Shown here piece by piece: positions 46,564-55,309 of a stretch of 64,000 bases of DNA. Origin of the DNA: Dehalococcoidia bacterium (lineage in GTDB: Bacteria > Chloroflexota > Dehalococcoidia > UBA2979); assembly GCA_963667465.2 (NCBI GenBank), contig CAXXDN010000001.1:864001-928000 (forward strand), in the 5' to 3' direction. A program made the position numbers and the translations under genes. A model generated the notes under the pieces. The model searched no databases and was not told the DNA's origin. It saw only the letters and a program-made list of their open reading frames with translations. Every line of letters starts with the position of its first letter. The first letter of the stretch is position 1.

Positions 46564-48429
46564 CTACTTGTCCAGCCAGAAGAGGTCCCAGGTGCCTTCC
46601 TCGGTGAACCCGCGGACTTCCTCCATGTGACCCATCAGCTCGTTCGCGGCCATCGCGTTGTGCTTCGTGAAGGCCACGACGTAGAACGGCGGGTTCTCGT
46701 CGAGAATGTTGAACGCGTTGTTGTACATCTCGATCTTCGCGTCGGTGTCCTGCTCCTCGTCGATGGCGTCGATGAGGCCGTCCATCTCCGGGTTGTTGTA
46801 GTTCCCGAAGTTGCGGAAGCCGCCGCTGCGGATCGCGTCCTTCCAGGCGGTGACGAACTCGCTGATCACCGGTGCGCGGAAGTGCACGGTGAGCACCATG
46901 TCGAAGCCCTCGGGGCCGCCGTTGTTGAGCTCGTCGGTGCGGCCGGAGCCAGCCCGCGGGTCAACGGTGACATCGATGTTGAGCTTCTTCTTGAGCTCGG
47001 CCTGCATCGCCGGAGCGAGAATCTCCGAGTGCGCCTGGTTGGTGTTGGTGACGAGCAGACCGCCGTTGAAGCCGTCCGGGAAGCCGGCGGCCGCCAGCAG
47101 CTGTTTGGCCTCGGTGATCGCCTCGTCGTCCTCGCCGCGGTAGCCCTTGATGGCCTGCAACTGGTCGAACGGCGTCGCCGAGTACGTCGAGTCGGAGACC
47201 CAGCGCGAGCCGGCGAGGCTCATCGACTCGGAGTAGACCTCGATCAGGCCCGGGCGGTTCGGCGCGAGGAAGATCGCGCGCCGCACGCGCTCGTCGTTGT
47301 ACGGGGGCTTGTCGTTGTTCAGGAAGAACGTCAGCGAGGCGCCCGTGCCGTCGTGCTGGAAGACCCCGGCCTTGTCCGAGAAGGACTCGCGGTCCGTGTA
47401 GAAGTCCTTCGGCACGATGTTGGCGTAGTGCGCCTGACCGCCGAGGATGAAGTTCGCACGGTCCGCCCACTGCGTGGTGTGCAGCATGGTGAGCTCGTCG
47501 ATGTACGGCAGATCAGGGTTCCAGTAGTTCGGGTTGGCCGAGAAGCGGGTCAGCTCCTCGGTCCGGTGCTCCTCGAAGATGAAGGGGCCGGTACCGGGCG
47601 CCGGCGTGGCGGCCATGTCGACCGGGTTCACCTTGATGTGCTGCTCCGAGTAGACACCCACCTGCGGCGCCGAAAGCATCTGCAGGAAGTACCCGCGCGG
47701 CGACTTCATGCCAACGCGCACGGTCGACTCGTCCGCGGCGAGCGCGCTGCCCACGTAGTTGAACCCGCCGGCGTATCTGCTCGGGAAGCCCTCCTCGACC
47801 GAGGTGAACTCGCCGAGCGCCATGTGGCGGCGGATGGACATCGCCACGTCCTCGGACGTCATTGGCGTGCCGTCGTGGAACTGGACACCGTCGCGGATGG
47901 TGAAGCTGTAGAGCAGGCCGTCCGGAGAGCTCTCCCACGTGGTGGCGAGTGCCGGGATGACCGACTTGAGGCCGTCCAGCGGGTTGAGACGCGTCACGGT
48001 GTCGTAGGACTGCGACATGATGCCGCGGTGCCCCCCGTGGAACAGGTCGAAGTTCGGCAGGCGCGCCCAGAACGAGGTGACTACCGAGCCACCACGCTTC
48101 GGCTCGCCCGGCGCTGCCAGCATGCCGGCGTCCGGCTCCGGCGGCGGGGTCGGCGCCTCGGTCGGCGCAGGGGTGATCCGCGTCGGAGCGCCCCTCGGAG
48201 TGCCGGTCGGCGTCGCCTCGGCCGGGGCCGCCGTCGCGGCCGTGGTCGGCGCTGCGGTCGGCGCCGCGGTCGGGGCGGCCGTCGCGGCCGGCGCCTCGTC
48301 GTCGTCGTCACCGCAGCCGATCAGCGCGGCGGCCGCGAGGCCTGCGCCTCCGAGGAGGCCTCCTCGCAGCACGTTGCGGCGGCTGACCGAGGTCGTCCAC
48401 CAGCGGCCGTTCTTGTGCTCTTCGCTCAT
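46564..48429 (-). CDS. ABC solute-binding protein family 5, Tat-exported lipoprotein
   Basis: SRRNVL twin-arginine signal, LIGC lipobox, Ala/Pro/Thr linker, IRDGVQFHDG, GTGPF, VRRAI. Confidence 0.92.
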   Translation of the reverse strand: MSEEHKNGRWWTTSVSRRNVLRGGLLGGAGLAAAALIGCGDDDDEAPAATAAPTAAPTAAPTTAATAAPAEATPTGTPRGAPTRITPAPTEAPTPPPEPDAGMLAAPGEPKRGGSVVTSFWARLPNFDLFHGGHRGIMSQSYDTVTRLNPLDGLKSVIPALATTWESSPDGLLYSFTIRDGVQFHDGTPMTSEDVAMSIRRHMALGEFTSVEEGFPSRYAGGFNYVGSALAADESTVRVGMKSPRGYFLQMLSAPQVGVYSEQHIKVNPVDMAATPAPGTGPFIFEEHRTEELTRFSANPNYWNPDLPYIDELTMLHTTQWADRANFILGGQAHYANIVPKDFYTDRESFSDKAGVFQHDGTGASLTFFLNNDKPPYNDERVRRAIFLAPNRPGLIEVYSESMSLAGSRWVSDSTYSATPFDQLQAIKGYRGEDDEAITEAKQLLAAAGFPDGFNGGLLVTNTNQAHSEILAPAMQAELKKKLNIDVTVDPRAGSGRTDELNNGGPEGFDMVLTVHFRAPVISEFVTAWKDAIRSGGFRNFGNYNNPEMDGLIDAIDEEQDTDAKIEMYNNAFNILDENPPFYVVAFTKHNAMAANELMGHMEEVRGFTEEGTWDLFWLDK

Positions 48430-48547
48430 CTGCTCCCCCTCCCGTGTGGCTGTGCCACTACGGCTATTACCCGGATCCGGGCTTCGTCTTCTACTGTACG
48501 TTTCCCGTAGGGCAGCAGATTACCTGCGCCAGCCGGTAACCGTCTAC

Positions 48548-48620
48548 CCTCCGTGGCCTCCGTGGCCTCCGTGGCCTCCGTGGCCTCCGTGGCCTCCGTG
48601 GCCTCCGTGCGCCTCCGTGC
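48548..48620. repeat. Intergenic 9-bp tandem repeat (CCTCCGTGG)x6 plus two variant units
   Basis: Read directly from the sequence. Confidence 0.92.
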
Positions 48621-48658
48621 GCCGCCGGGGGCGTCCGCCGGACCCGCGCAAAACGTCC

Positions 48659-49855
48659 TCAGGCCGTGATCTCCATGCGCTCCTCGACCCGCGACTCGTC
48701 GATGGCCATGCCGACGCCGGGCGTGTCCGGGACCAGCAGTTGGCCGTTCTCGCGGCGGACCGGGTCGGCGAGGAAGAACTCGTGGATCTGGTTCCACTTG
48801 ATCAGATCCTCGGCCAGCGGGCAGACGTTCGGCGGTTGCGAGGCCTGCAACTGGATGTTCGCCGAGACGGAGTGCCCGTGCGGGATCACGGGGATGTCGG
48901 CGACCGAGGCGAGCGTGCAGATCTTCTCCAGCTCGGAGAGGCCGCCGGCCCAGTAGGTGTCCGGCTGCAGCACGTCGCACGCCTCCGCATCGATCAGCAA
49001 CTGGATGCCCCAGCGCGTGTACTCGTGCTCGCCGGTCGAGATCGGCACGGGCGAGTTGCGGCGGATCCTGGCGTGGCTGGCGATGCGGTCCGGCAGCACG
49101 GGCTCCTCGATCCAGCGCGGCCGGTACTGCTCGAGGCGCTTCGCCATCGCGATCGTGTAGTCCGGGTTCCAGCTCATCCAGGCGTCGAGCATGATCTCGG
49201 TGTCGTCACCGGCGGCCTCGCGGATCGTGCGCACCAGCAACTCGTTTTGCTCCATGCCCCAGCGCCCGTCGGCGGGGCCGCGCTTGAAGAACCACTTCTG
49301 CGCCGTGTAGCCCGCTTCCGCGAACTCGCGCGCGCGCTTCGCCACCAGGTCCGGCTCGACCGAGAAGCCGAGGGTGCTCGCGTAGGCGGGGATGGAGTCG
49401 CGCGTGGGGCCGCCCATCAGCCGGTAGGCGGGCTGACCGAGCGCGCTGCCCTTGAGGTCCCAGAGGGCGCAGTCGATGGCGCTGATCGCCATCATCGTGT
49501 TGCCCTTGCGGCCGTGCACGGCGCTGCGGTGCATCAGGTCCCAGATGCGCTGCGTGGCCAGCGGATCCTCGTCGCGCAGCAGCCCGCCGAAGGTCTGGAG
49601 GATCGACTGCGCCATGCCGCTGCCGATCGGGCCGGCGCGTCCGACCGCGCCATCGTCGGCCTCGATCTCGAGGAACGTGCTCTCGATCAGGTACTGGCCC
49701 TCGGCCGTGCGGGGCAGCACGCGCGGACCGCCCTGGCGGTATGGCTCGTAGATGTCGGTGGGGCGGACGAGGCGGTCTTCCCAGAACTCGCCGGGGTGCT
49801 CCATGGCGCCGGTCAACTGGAAGGCGCGGACGTCGACGATCTTCGAGGGCGTCAA
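48659..49855 (-). CDS. Mandelate racemase-subgroup acid-sugar dehydratase (rhamnonate dehydratase-like)
   Basis: AISAIDCALWDLKG, AQKWF, MLDAWM, WIEEP, GEHEYT, IPHG. TTG start overlaps the upstream stop. Confidence 0.88.
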   Translation of the reverse strand: MTPSKIVDVRAFQLTGAMEHPGEFWEDRLVRPTDIYEPYRQGGPRVLPRTAEGQYLIESTFLEIEADDGAVGRAGPIGSGMAQSILQTFGGLLRDEDPLATQRIWDLMHRSAVHGRKGNTMMAISAIDCALWDLKGSALGQPAYRLMGGPTRDSIPAYASTLGFSVEPDLVAKRAREFAEAGYTAQKWFFKRGPADGRWGMEQNELLVRTIREAAGDDTEIMLDAWMSWNPDYTIAMAKRLEQYRPRWIEEPVLPDRIASHARIRRNSPVPISTGEHEYTRWGIQLLIDAEACDVLQPDTYWAGGLSELEKICTLASVADIPVIPHGHSVSANIQLQASQPPNVCPLAEDLIKWNQIHEFFLADPVRRENGQLLVPDTPGVGMAIDESRVEERMEITA

Positions 49856-51099
49856 ACGCAAACCTCTTCCGCGAGCTGGATGGTGGCGGCGGGGAAGACG
49901 GCGACGCTCGCGGAGTCGCCGTGCTTGTCGCGCAGCCAGCGCTCGACGTCGCCCCACTCGTGCAGCAGCACGATGCGCTCGCGCGCGCCGGGCGGCAGTC
50001 CGTTGCGGTGCAGGCCGGGCATGAAGTAGACGAGGTCTGGCTCGCCCTCGAAGCCGCGCCCGCCGCCTCCGCCGTAGAACGCCATGCCGCGCCCGTAGAG
50101 CGAGTGGAAGCCCGCGCCCTCGACTGTGGAGCCGGCGAGGATGATCGTCCCGCCGGGGCGCACGATCGGCTCGGCGGCGGTCAGGATCGGGTGGAAGCCC
50201 CGGCCGGTTTGCTGGTACTCGGCGTCCTTCGGGTAGGACGAGAGCACGCACACGTCGACGCCCGCCGGGAGCTGCGTCGCGTAGGTGCGGCGCGCGAGCT
50301 CGACGCCCGCGCGGTGCGCTTCGACGAGGTCGCCGACGACGAGCGCGGCGATCCCGCGCTGGATGTTGGGGATCACGTTGACGATGCAGTCGACGCCCGC
50401 CAGCCGCGCGGCCTCCTCGGCGTCGAGGCGCGACTCGCTGGCGGTCTGCACCAGCCCGGTCGTCGGACCCTCCGGGCCGTGCCAGGCGGCTGCCGTGTCG
50501 ATGTGCGCGACGCCCGGCAGGACCAGCTTGGCGCCGCCGGAGAAGCCGGTCTTGTTGTGCGGCACGATGCTGCCGATGAGGATCCGCACCTCGGCAGCCA
50601 TGAACTCGCTGTTGAGGCTGATCGGCGTCCCCCGGCTGGTCTCGCCGACGAAGTCGCAGTTGGCCCACGAGAAGTGCGAGCGCAGCTCGTAGTTGCTCGC
50701 GATCTCCTCGCCGACCTTGAGCACGAAGTCCTCACGCGTCATCTGGCGGTGATTGGCGACGCCCGCGAGGATCAGGATCGAGTTTGCTTCGATACCCGCT
50801 TCGAGCAGCTCCTCGATGACGCGCGGCGCCAGGCGCGAGGCGGGTGTGGGCCGGGTGAGGTCGTCGACGACGATGCAGGCGCTGCGCTTGCCGCGCGCCA
50901 GCTCGCGGATCGGGGCGCTGCCGATCGGGTTGTCGAAGGCGGCTGCGATGCCGTTCTCGCCGATGTCGTCGCCGCCGGCGGGCTCGTGCACGTTCACGTC
51001 CCAGCCGCTGGGGAAGGTCAGTTCGAAGTCACTGTCGCCGTAGAAGGAGCCCCAGCGGATTAGCGCGGTGTTGGCGTCCGCGGGCGCGGAGGTCGTCAC
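49852..51099 (-). CDS. LarA-family (nickel-pincer) racemase/epimerase
   Basis: DDLTRPTP, GVANHR, VPHNKTGFSGGAKLVLPGVA, AAWH. Confidence 0.85.
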   Translation of the reverse strand: MTTSAPADANTALIRWGSFYGDSDFELTFPSGWDVNVHEPAGGDDIGENGIAAAFDNPIGSAPIRELARGKRSACIVVDDLTRPTPASRLAPRVIEELLEAGIEANSILILAGVANHRQMTREDFVLKVGEEIASNYELRSHFSWANCDFVGETSRGTPISLNSEFMAAEVRILIGSIVPHNKTGFSGGAKLVLPGVAHIDTAAAWHGPEGPTTGLVQTASESRLDAEEAARLAGVDCIVNVIPNIQRGIAALVVGDLVEAHRAGVELARRTYATQLPAGVDVCVLSSYPKDAEYQQTGRGFHPILTAAEPIVRPGGTIILAGSTVEGAGFHSLYGRGMAFYGGGGGRGFEGEPDLVYFMPGLHRNGLPPGARERIVLLHEWGDVERWLRDKHGDSASVAVFPAATIQLAEEVCV

Positions 51100-52013
51100 T
51101 ACTGGTTCTCCTCCCGGCGCTCGGCGGCGCGTGGGTCTGCGTAGTCGCGAATCGCGTCGCCGAGGAGGTTCATCGAGAGGACCGTGACGACGATCGCCAG
51201 GCCGGGGAAGAAGAACATCCACCACAGCGGCCGGAAGACGTGCGAGGTCTCCGCGCCGAGCATGTTGCCCCAGGTCGGTGTCGGCGGGCGCACGCCCACG
51301 CCGAGGTAGGAGAGCGCGGCCTCGGCGAAGACGGCGAAGCCAAGGTTGATGCTGAAGATCACGAGGAAGAGGCTCAGCGTCTGCGGCGCGACGTGCCGCA
51401 CGGCGACGCGCAGCGGTGTGCTGCCGATGACGCGCGCCGCCTCGACGTACGGTTCCTCCTTGATCGAGAGCACGCGCGAGCGCACGACGCGGGCGGAGTC
51501 GGGAACCCTCGTTACCGCGATGGCGATGATGATGCTGTCCAGGCCCTTGCCGATCGCGACGCCGAGCAGCAGCGCGAGGATCAGCGCGGGAAGCGCGAGC
51601 AGCACCTCGAGGATGCGCTGGCTGATCAGGTCGAAGCGGCCGCCGGCGTAGGCGCTGATGATGCCGATCGTGAAGCCGAAGCCGTCGCCGATCGCCACCG
51701 CGATGAACGCGATGACCAGCGTGGAGCGCGCGCCGTAGATCACGCGCGAGAAGACATCGCGGCCGATCCGGTCCGTGCCGAACCAGTGATCGCCGGACGG
51801 AGCGGCCTTCAGCGCCGAGAAGTCGGCCTCGAACGGGTCGCTGGGAACGTAGAGGGGTGCAAGGGCTGCGGCGGCGATGATGACGACCAGTACGCAGAGC
51901 GCGCCCGCGCCGAGGGGATAGTGCACGAAGAACTTCGCCACGCTCGCGAAGATGCCGTGCTTCTGTTCGGGCGGCACCTCTCCGAGGAGTCGCTCTGCGC
52001 TCGCGTCCGCCAT
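51099..52013 (-). CDS. ABC transporter permease (DppC/OppC type)
   Basis: HWFGTDRIGRDVFSR, YVEAAR, EAALSYLGVG..PP.PTWG, NLLGDAIRD. Confidence 0.92.
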   Translation of the reverse strand: MADASAERLLGEVPPEQKHGIFASVAKFFVHYPLGAGALCVLVVIIAAAALAPLYVPSDPFEADFSALKAAPSGDHWFGTDRIGRDVFSRVIYGARSTLVIAFIAVAIGDGFGFTIGIISAYAGGRFDLISQRILEVLLALPALILALLLGVAIGKGLDSIIIAIAVTRVPDSARVVRSRVLSIKEEPYVEAARVIGSTPLRVAVRHVAPQTLSLFLVIFSINLGFAVFAEAALSYLGVGVRPPTPTWGNMLGAETSHVFRPLWWMFFFPGLAIVVTVLSMNLLGDAIRDYADPRAAERREENQ

Positions 52014-52112
52014 ACAGGTTCCTCGCCTGGCTCGCTGCCGATCAGCGCCGGGAGTGTATCAACCTCCGCGCCAACGTGCGCTCTGATGCGTGTGAGGGCC
52101 CGAGGGCGAGAC

Positions 52113-53060
52113 TCACTCCTCGCCGCGCAGCGCCCGGCTCACGTTCTGCGCCGTCACCAGCGAGACGCGCCGGTTCGACTCCTCCGTGATGCCCGCGATG
52201 TGCGGGGTCAGCAGCAGGTTCGGGGCGCCCTCGAAGCGCGCGCCGCCCACCGCGTCCAGCGGCTCGTCCGCGAAGACGTCGAGCGCCGCGCCGCCGAGGC
52301 GTCCCGCGCGCAACGCGGCGACGAGCGCCTCCTCGTCGACGATCCCGCCGCGCGAGGTGTTGATCAGCAGGGCGTGCGGCGGCAGCAGCGCCAGCGCCTC
52401 CGCGTCGAGCAGCCCGCGCGTCGAGTCCGTCAGCGGGACATGGATGCTCACTGCGTCGCTCGACCGCAGCAGGTCGGGCAGCGCCTCGAAGCGCTCGGCC
52501 TGCTCCCAGACGGCGTCGTGAGGCTCGAGGTACGGGTCATGGGCGGCGGTGCTCATGCCGAGGGCGCTCGCGCGCTCGGCGACGGTCCGCGCGACGGAGC
52601 CGAGGCCGATCAGGCCGAGCCGCGATCCCGCCAGCTCGCGGCCGCCGAGCTCCTGCCGCGGCCACTCGCCGGCCGCCACGCGCGCCGTCGCGCCGTAGAC
52701 GGGCCGCCACAGCTGCAGCATCGTCGCCAGCGTGTACTCGGCGACGGAGACCGCATTCGCTCCCGTGGCGGGGAAGACGGCGATGCCGCGCTCCGCGCAG
52801 GCGTCCAGGTCGATGTTGTCGAGGCCCACGCCGAGCCGCCCGACAACCTCGAGGGCGGTTGCGGCTTCCAGCAACTCGCGATCGACCTGCGTAACGTTGC
52901 GCACGATCAGCGCGCGCACGGCGGTGACGGCGGTCAGCAGATCGCCGCGCGCCCGGGCGAGTCCGGGCTCGTAGCGCACGGCGAAGTCGCCGCGCAGCGC
53001 CTCGACGGCTTCCTCGTCGATGAACTCGCTGATTAGGATGTCACTGGCGGCGGCGCACAC
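52113..53060 (-). CDS. D-isomer 2-hydroxyacid dehydrogenase, resembling (S)-sulfolactate dehydrogenase SlcC
   Basis: DILISEFIDEEAV, LIVRN.TQVD, GRLGVGLDNID, PATGANAVSVAEY, GEWPRQ, TPHIAGITEESN.RVS. Start approximate. Confidence 0.8.
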   Translation of the reverse strand: MCAAASDILISEFIDEEAVEALRGDFAVRYEPGLARARGDLLTAVTAVRALIVRNVTQVDRELLEAATALEVVGRLGVGLDNIDLDACAERGIAVFPATGANAVSVAEYTLATMLQLWRPVYGATARVAAGEWPRQELGGRELAGSRLGLIGLGSVARTVAERASALGMSTAAHDPYLEPHDAVWEQAERFEALPDLLRSSDAVSIHVPLTDSTRGLLDAEALALLPPHALLINTSRGGIVDEEALVAALRAGRLGGAALDVFADEPLDAVGGARFEGAPNLLLTPHIAGITEESNRRVSLVTAQNVSRALRGEE

Positions 53061-53147
53061 GGCGTGGGGTATCCCTTCGCATCGGATGTTGCCGGGGTGC
53101 AGCCTAGCGCACCGTCCGGACATGGTCGCCGCCTGGAGGTTGAGACG

Positions 53148-54335
53148 TTGACGAAGCTGCCCGCATCCACGCTGACGCACCTGGAATGCTCGATCTGCGG
53201 CGCGCGCCACGAGTGCGACGAGTTGCAGACGATCTGCCGCGAGTGCGGGCGCGCACTGTTCGCACGCTACGACCTGGACGCCGCGAAGCAAACGCTGACG
53301 CGCGAGGGGCTCGGCGGGCGCGAGGCCTCGATGTGGCGCTACGCCGAGGTGATGCCGGCGAGCGACCTCGCCGGCTCGGTCTCCCTCGGCGAGGGCATGA
53401 CGCCGTTGCTGGAGGCGCCGCGCCTTGGAGCGGACCTCGGTTGCGGCGACCTGCTGGTGAAGGACGAGGGCGGCAACCCGACCGGCTCGTTCAAGGCGCG
53501 CGGCATCGCTGCCGCGATGGCGATGGCGAAGCGCCTCGGCGTCACGGACGTCGGGATGCCGACCGCCGGCAACGCGGGCTCCGCTGCCGCCGCCTACTGC
53601 GCGCACAGCGGCATCACCGCCCACGTCGCGATGCCGGCCGACACCCCGGCGGCGATCATCCAGGAGGTGCTCAACCTCGGCGCCGACCTCCAACTGATCG
53701 ACGGGTTGATCAACGACGCCGGCCGGCTCATCGCCGAGGGCTGCCGCGAGCACGGCTGGTTCGAGATGTCCACACTCAAGGAGCCGTACCGTGTCGAGGG
53801 CAAGAAGACGATGGGCTACGAGCTGTGGGAGCAGCTCGACGGCGAGCTGCCGGACGTCGTGCTCTACCCGACCGGCGGGGGCACCGGGCTGATCGGGATG
53901 TGGAAGGCGTTCGCCGAACTCGAGGCGATGGGGCTGATCGGCAGCGAGCGGCCGCGCATGTACGTGATCCAGTCCGACGGCTGTGCGCCGATCGTACGGG
54001 CCTGGAGCGAGGGCGCCGAGCGCGCCGAGCCGTGGCAGGACGCGGCGACGGTCGCGCCCGGCATCCGCGTGCCCGCCCCCTTCGCCGACGACCTGATCCT
54101 GCAAACCCTGCGCGAGAGCGGCGGCACGGCGGTCGCGGTCCCCGACGAGGCGATCGTGCCGGCGATGCGGCGCTTCGGCCGCCTCGAGGGCATCGACGCC
54201 TGCCCCGAGGGCGCGTCCACGCTGCTCGGGCTCGAGCTGCTGCTGGCCGCTGGCTCGGTCCAGCCCGGCGAGCGGATCGTGCTGTTCAACACGGGTACGG
54301 GTCTCAAGCACCCGGAACTGCGTCCGGAGGTCTGA
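53148..54335 (+). CDS. thrC: Threonine synthase-like PLP enzyme
   Basis: N-terminal CxxC..CxxC, SLGEGMTPL, NPTGSFKARG, EGKKTMGYE, YPTGGG, NTGTGLK. Confidence 0.8.
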   Translation: MTKLPASTLTHLECSICGARHECDELQTICRECGRALFARYDLDAAKQTLTREGLGGREASMWRYAEVMPASDLAGSVSLGEGMTPLLEAPRLGADLGCGDLLVKDEGGNPTGSFKARGIAAAMAMAKRLGVTDVGMPTAGNAGSAAAAYCAHSGITAHVAMPADTPAAIIQEVLNLGADLQLIDGLINDAGRLIAEGCREHGWFEMSTLKEPYRVEGKKTMGYELWEQLDGELPDVVLYPTGGGTGLIGMWKAFAELEAMGLIGSERPRMYVIQSDGCAPIVRAWSEGAERAEPWQDAATVAPGIRVPAPFADDLILQTLRESGGTAVAVPDEAIVPAMRRFGRLEGIDACPEGASTLLGLELLLAAGSVQPGERIVLFNTGTGLKHPELRPEV

Positions 54336-55294
54336 TGCGTTACTTCATTACCGGCGGCACCGGCTTCATCGGCGCTTACCTGGTGCGCGACCTGCTGCGG
54401 GCCGGGCACCAGGTCACGATCTTCGAGCTGGTCCCGCAACCCGGGTTCCTCGAGGAGATCGTCGGCGATGCCGGCGAGGCGAGCATCGTGCGCGGCGACG
54501 TGACGGACCTGCCCGCGCTGCTGCACGCGATGAAGGACGCGGGCGCCGAGCGCGTGGTGCACCTCGCCTCGCTGCTCACCGACTCAAGCGAGGAGAACCC
54601 GCTGCGCGCCGTGCGCATCAACCTCGAGGGCACGCTCCACGCCTTCGAAGCCGCGCTCGCCGTGGGAGCGCAGAAGGTGGTGTGGGCCTCTTCGATCGCC
54701 GCGTTCGGGCGCGGCCCGGACGCGCCGGGCGGCACGGTGCGTAACGACGACTACCACGCGCCAGTCAACCTCTACGGGGCGAGCAAGGCCTTCCTCGAGC
54801 GCTGCACGGCGACCTACCGCCGCGATCGAGGGCTGGACGTGGTGGGGCTGCGCTTCACGATCGTCTACGGCTACGGCAAGTCCTTCACCGTCCAGCGCGG
54901 TAGCGCCGTCACGCACCTGCACGAACTGATCGACAAGCCGGCGCTCGACCAGCCCGGGCTCGTCACCAACGCCGACGATGTGCAGGACTTCTCCTACGTC
55001 GAGGATTGCGCGCGCGCGATCGTGCTCGCCGCCGATGCGCCCAACACGCCTTCGCTCGCGCTCACGGTGACGGGCGACGACGTGCGCGTCGGCGATGTGG
55101 CGGACGTGGTGCGGGAGCTGCTGCCGGACGCCCGGATCGAGGTGCGCAGCGACGCGCCGCCGCGCATCCGCGCCGGCTACGACCGCGAGGGCACGGAGCG
55201 CGAGATCGGCTTCCGTCCCGCCTGGACGCTGCGCGAGGGCCTCGCGAGCACGATCGGCAAGCTGCGCGCAAGCCACGGCCTGCCGCCGATCTAG
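54335..55294 (+). CDS. NAD-dependent epimerase/dehydratase
   Basis: TGGTGFIG, VHLAS, YGASK, DFSYVED. Translationally coupled to the upstream gene (TGATG). Confidence 0.88.
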   Translation: MRYFITGGTGFIGAYLVRDLLRAGHQVTIFELVPQPGFLEEIVGDAGEASIVRGDVTDLPALLHAMKDAGAERVVHLASLLTDSSEENPLRAVRINLEGTLHAFEAALAVGAQKVVWASSIAAFGRGPDAPGGTVRNDDYHAPVNLYGASKAFLERCTATYRRDRGLDVVGLRFTIVYGYGKSFTVQRGSAVTHLHELIDKPALDQPGLVTNADDVQDFSYVEDCARAIVLAADAPNTPSLALTVTGDDVRVGDVADVVRELLPDARIEVRSDAPPRIRAGYDREGTEREIGFRPAWTLREGLASTIGKLRASHGLPPI

Positions 55295-55309
55295 CTCCTC
55301 GGGGCGGCG

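Noticed and set aside
48120-48300. Repetitive GC-rich tract in the solute-binding protein gene
   Set aside because: It encodes an ordinary Ala/Pro/Thr lipoprotein linker.
48548-48620. CRISPR array, or a TEATEA/PPWPPW repeat protein
   Set aside because: Units are 9 bp with no spacers and there are no cas genes. The overlapping ORFs are shadow frames.
53148-54335. Cysteate synthase assignment because of the neighbouring SlcC-like gene
   Set aside because: The motifs fit the ordinary short threonine synthase-like group, and I cannot identify cysteate-synthase-specific residues by eye.
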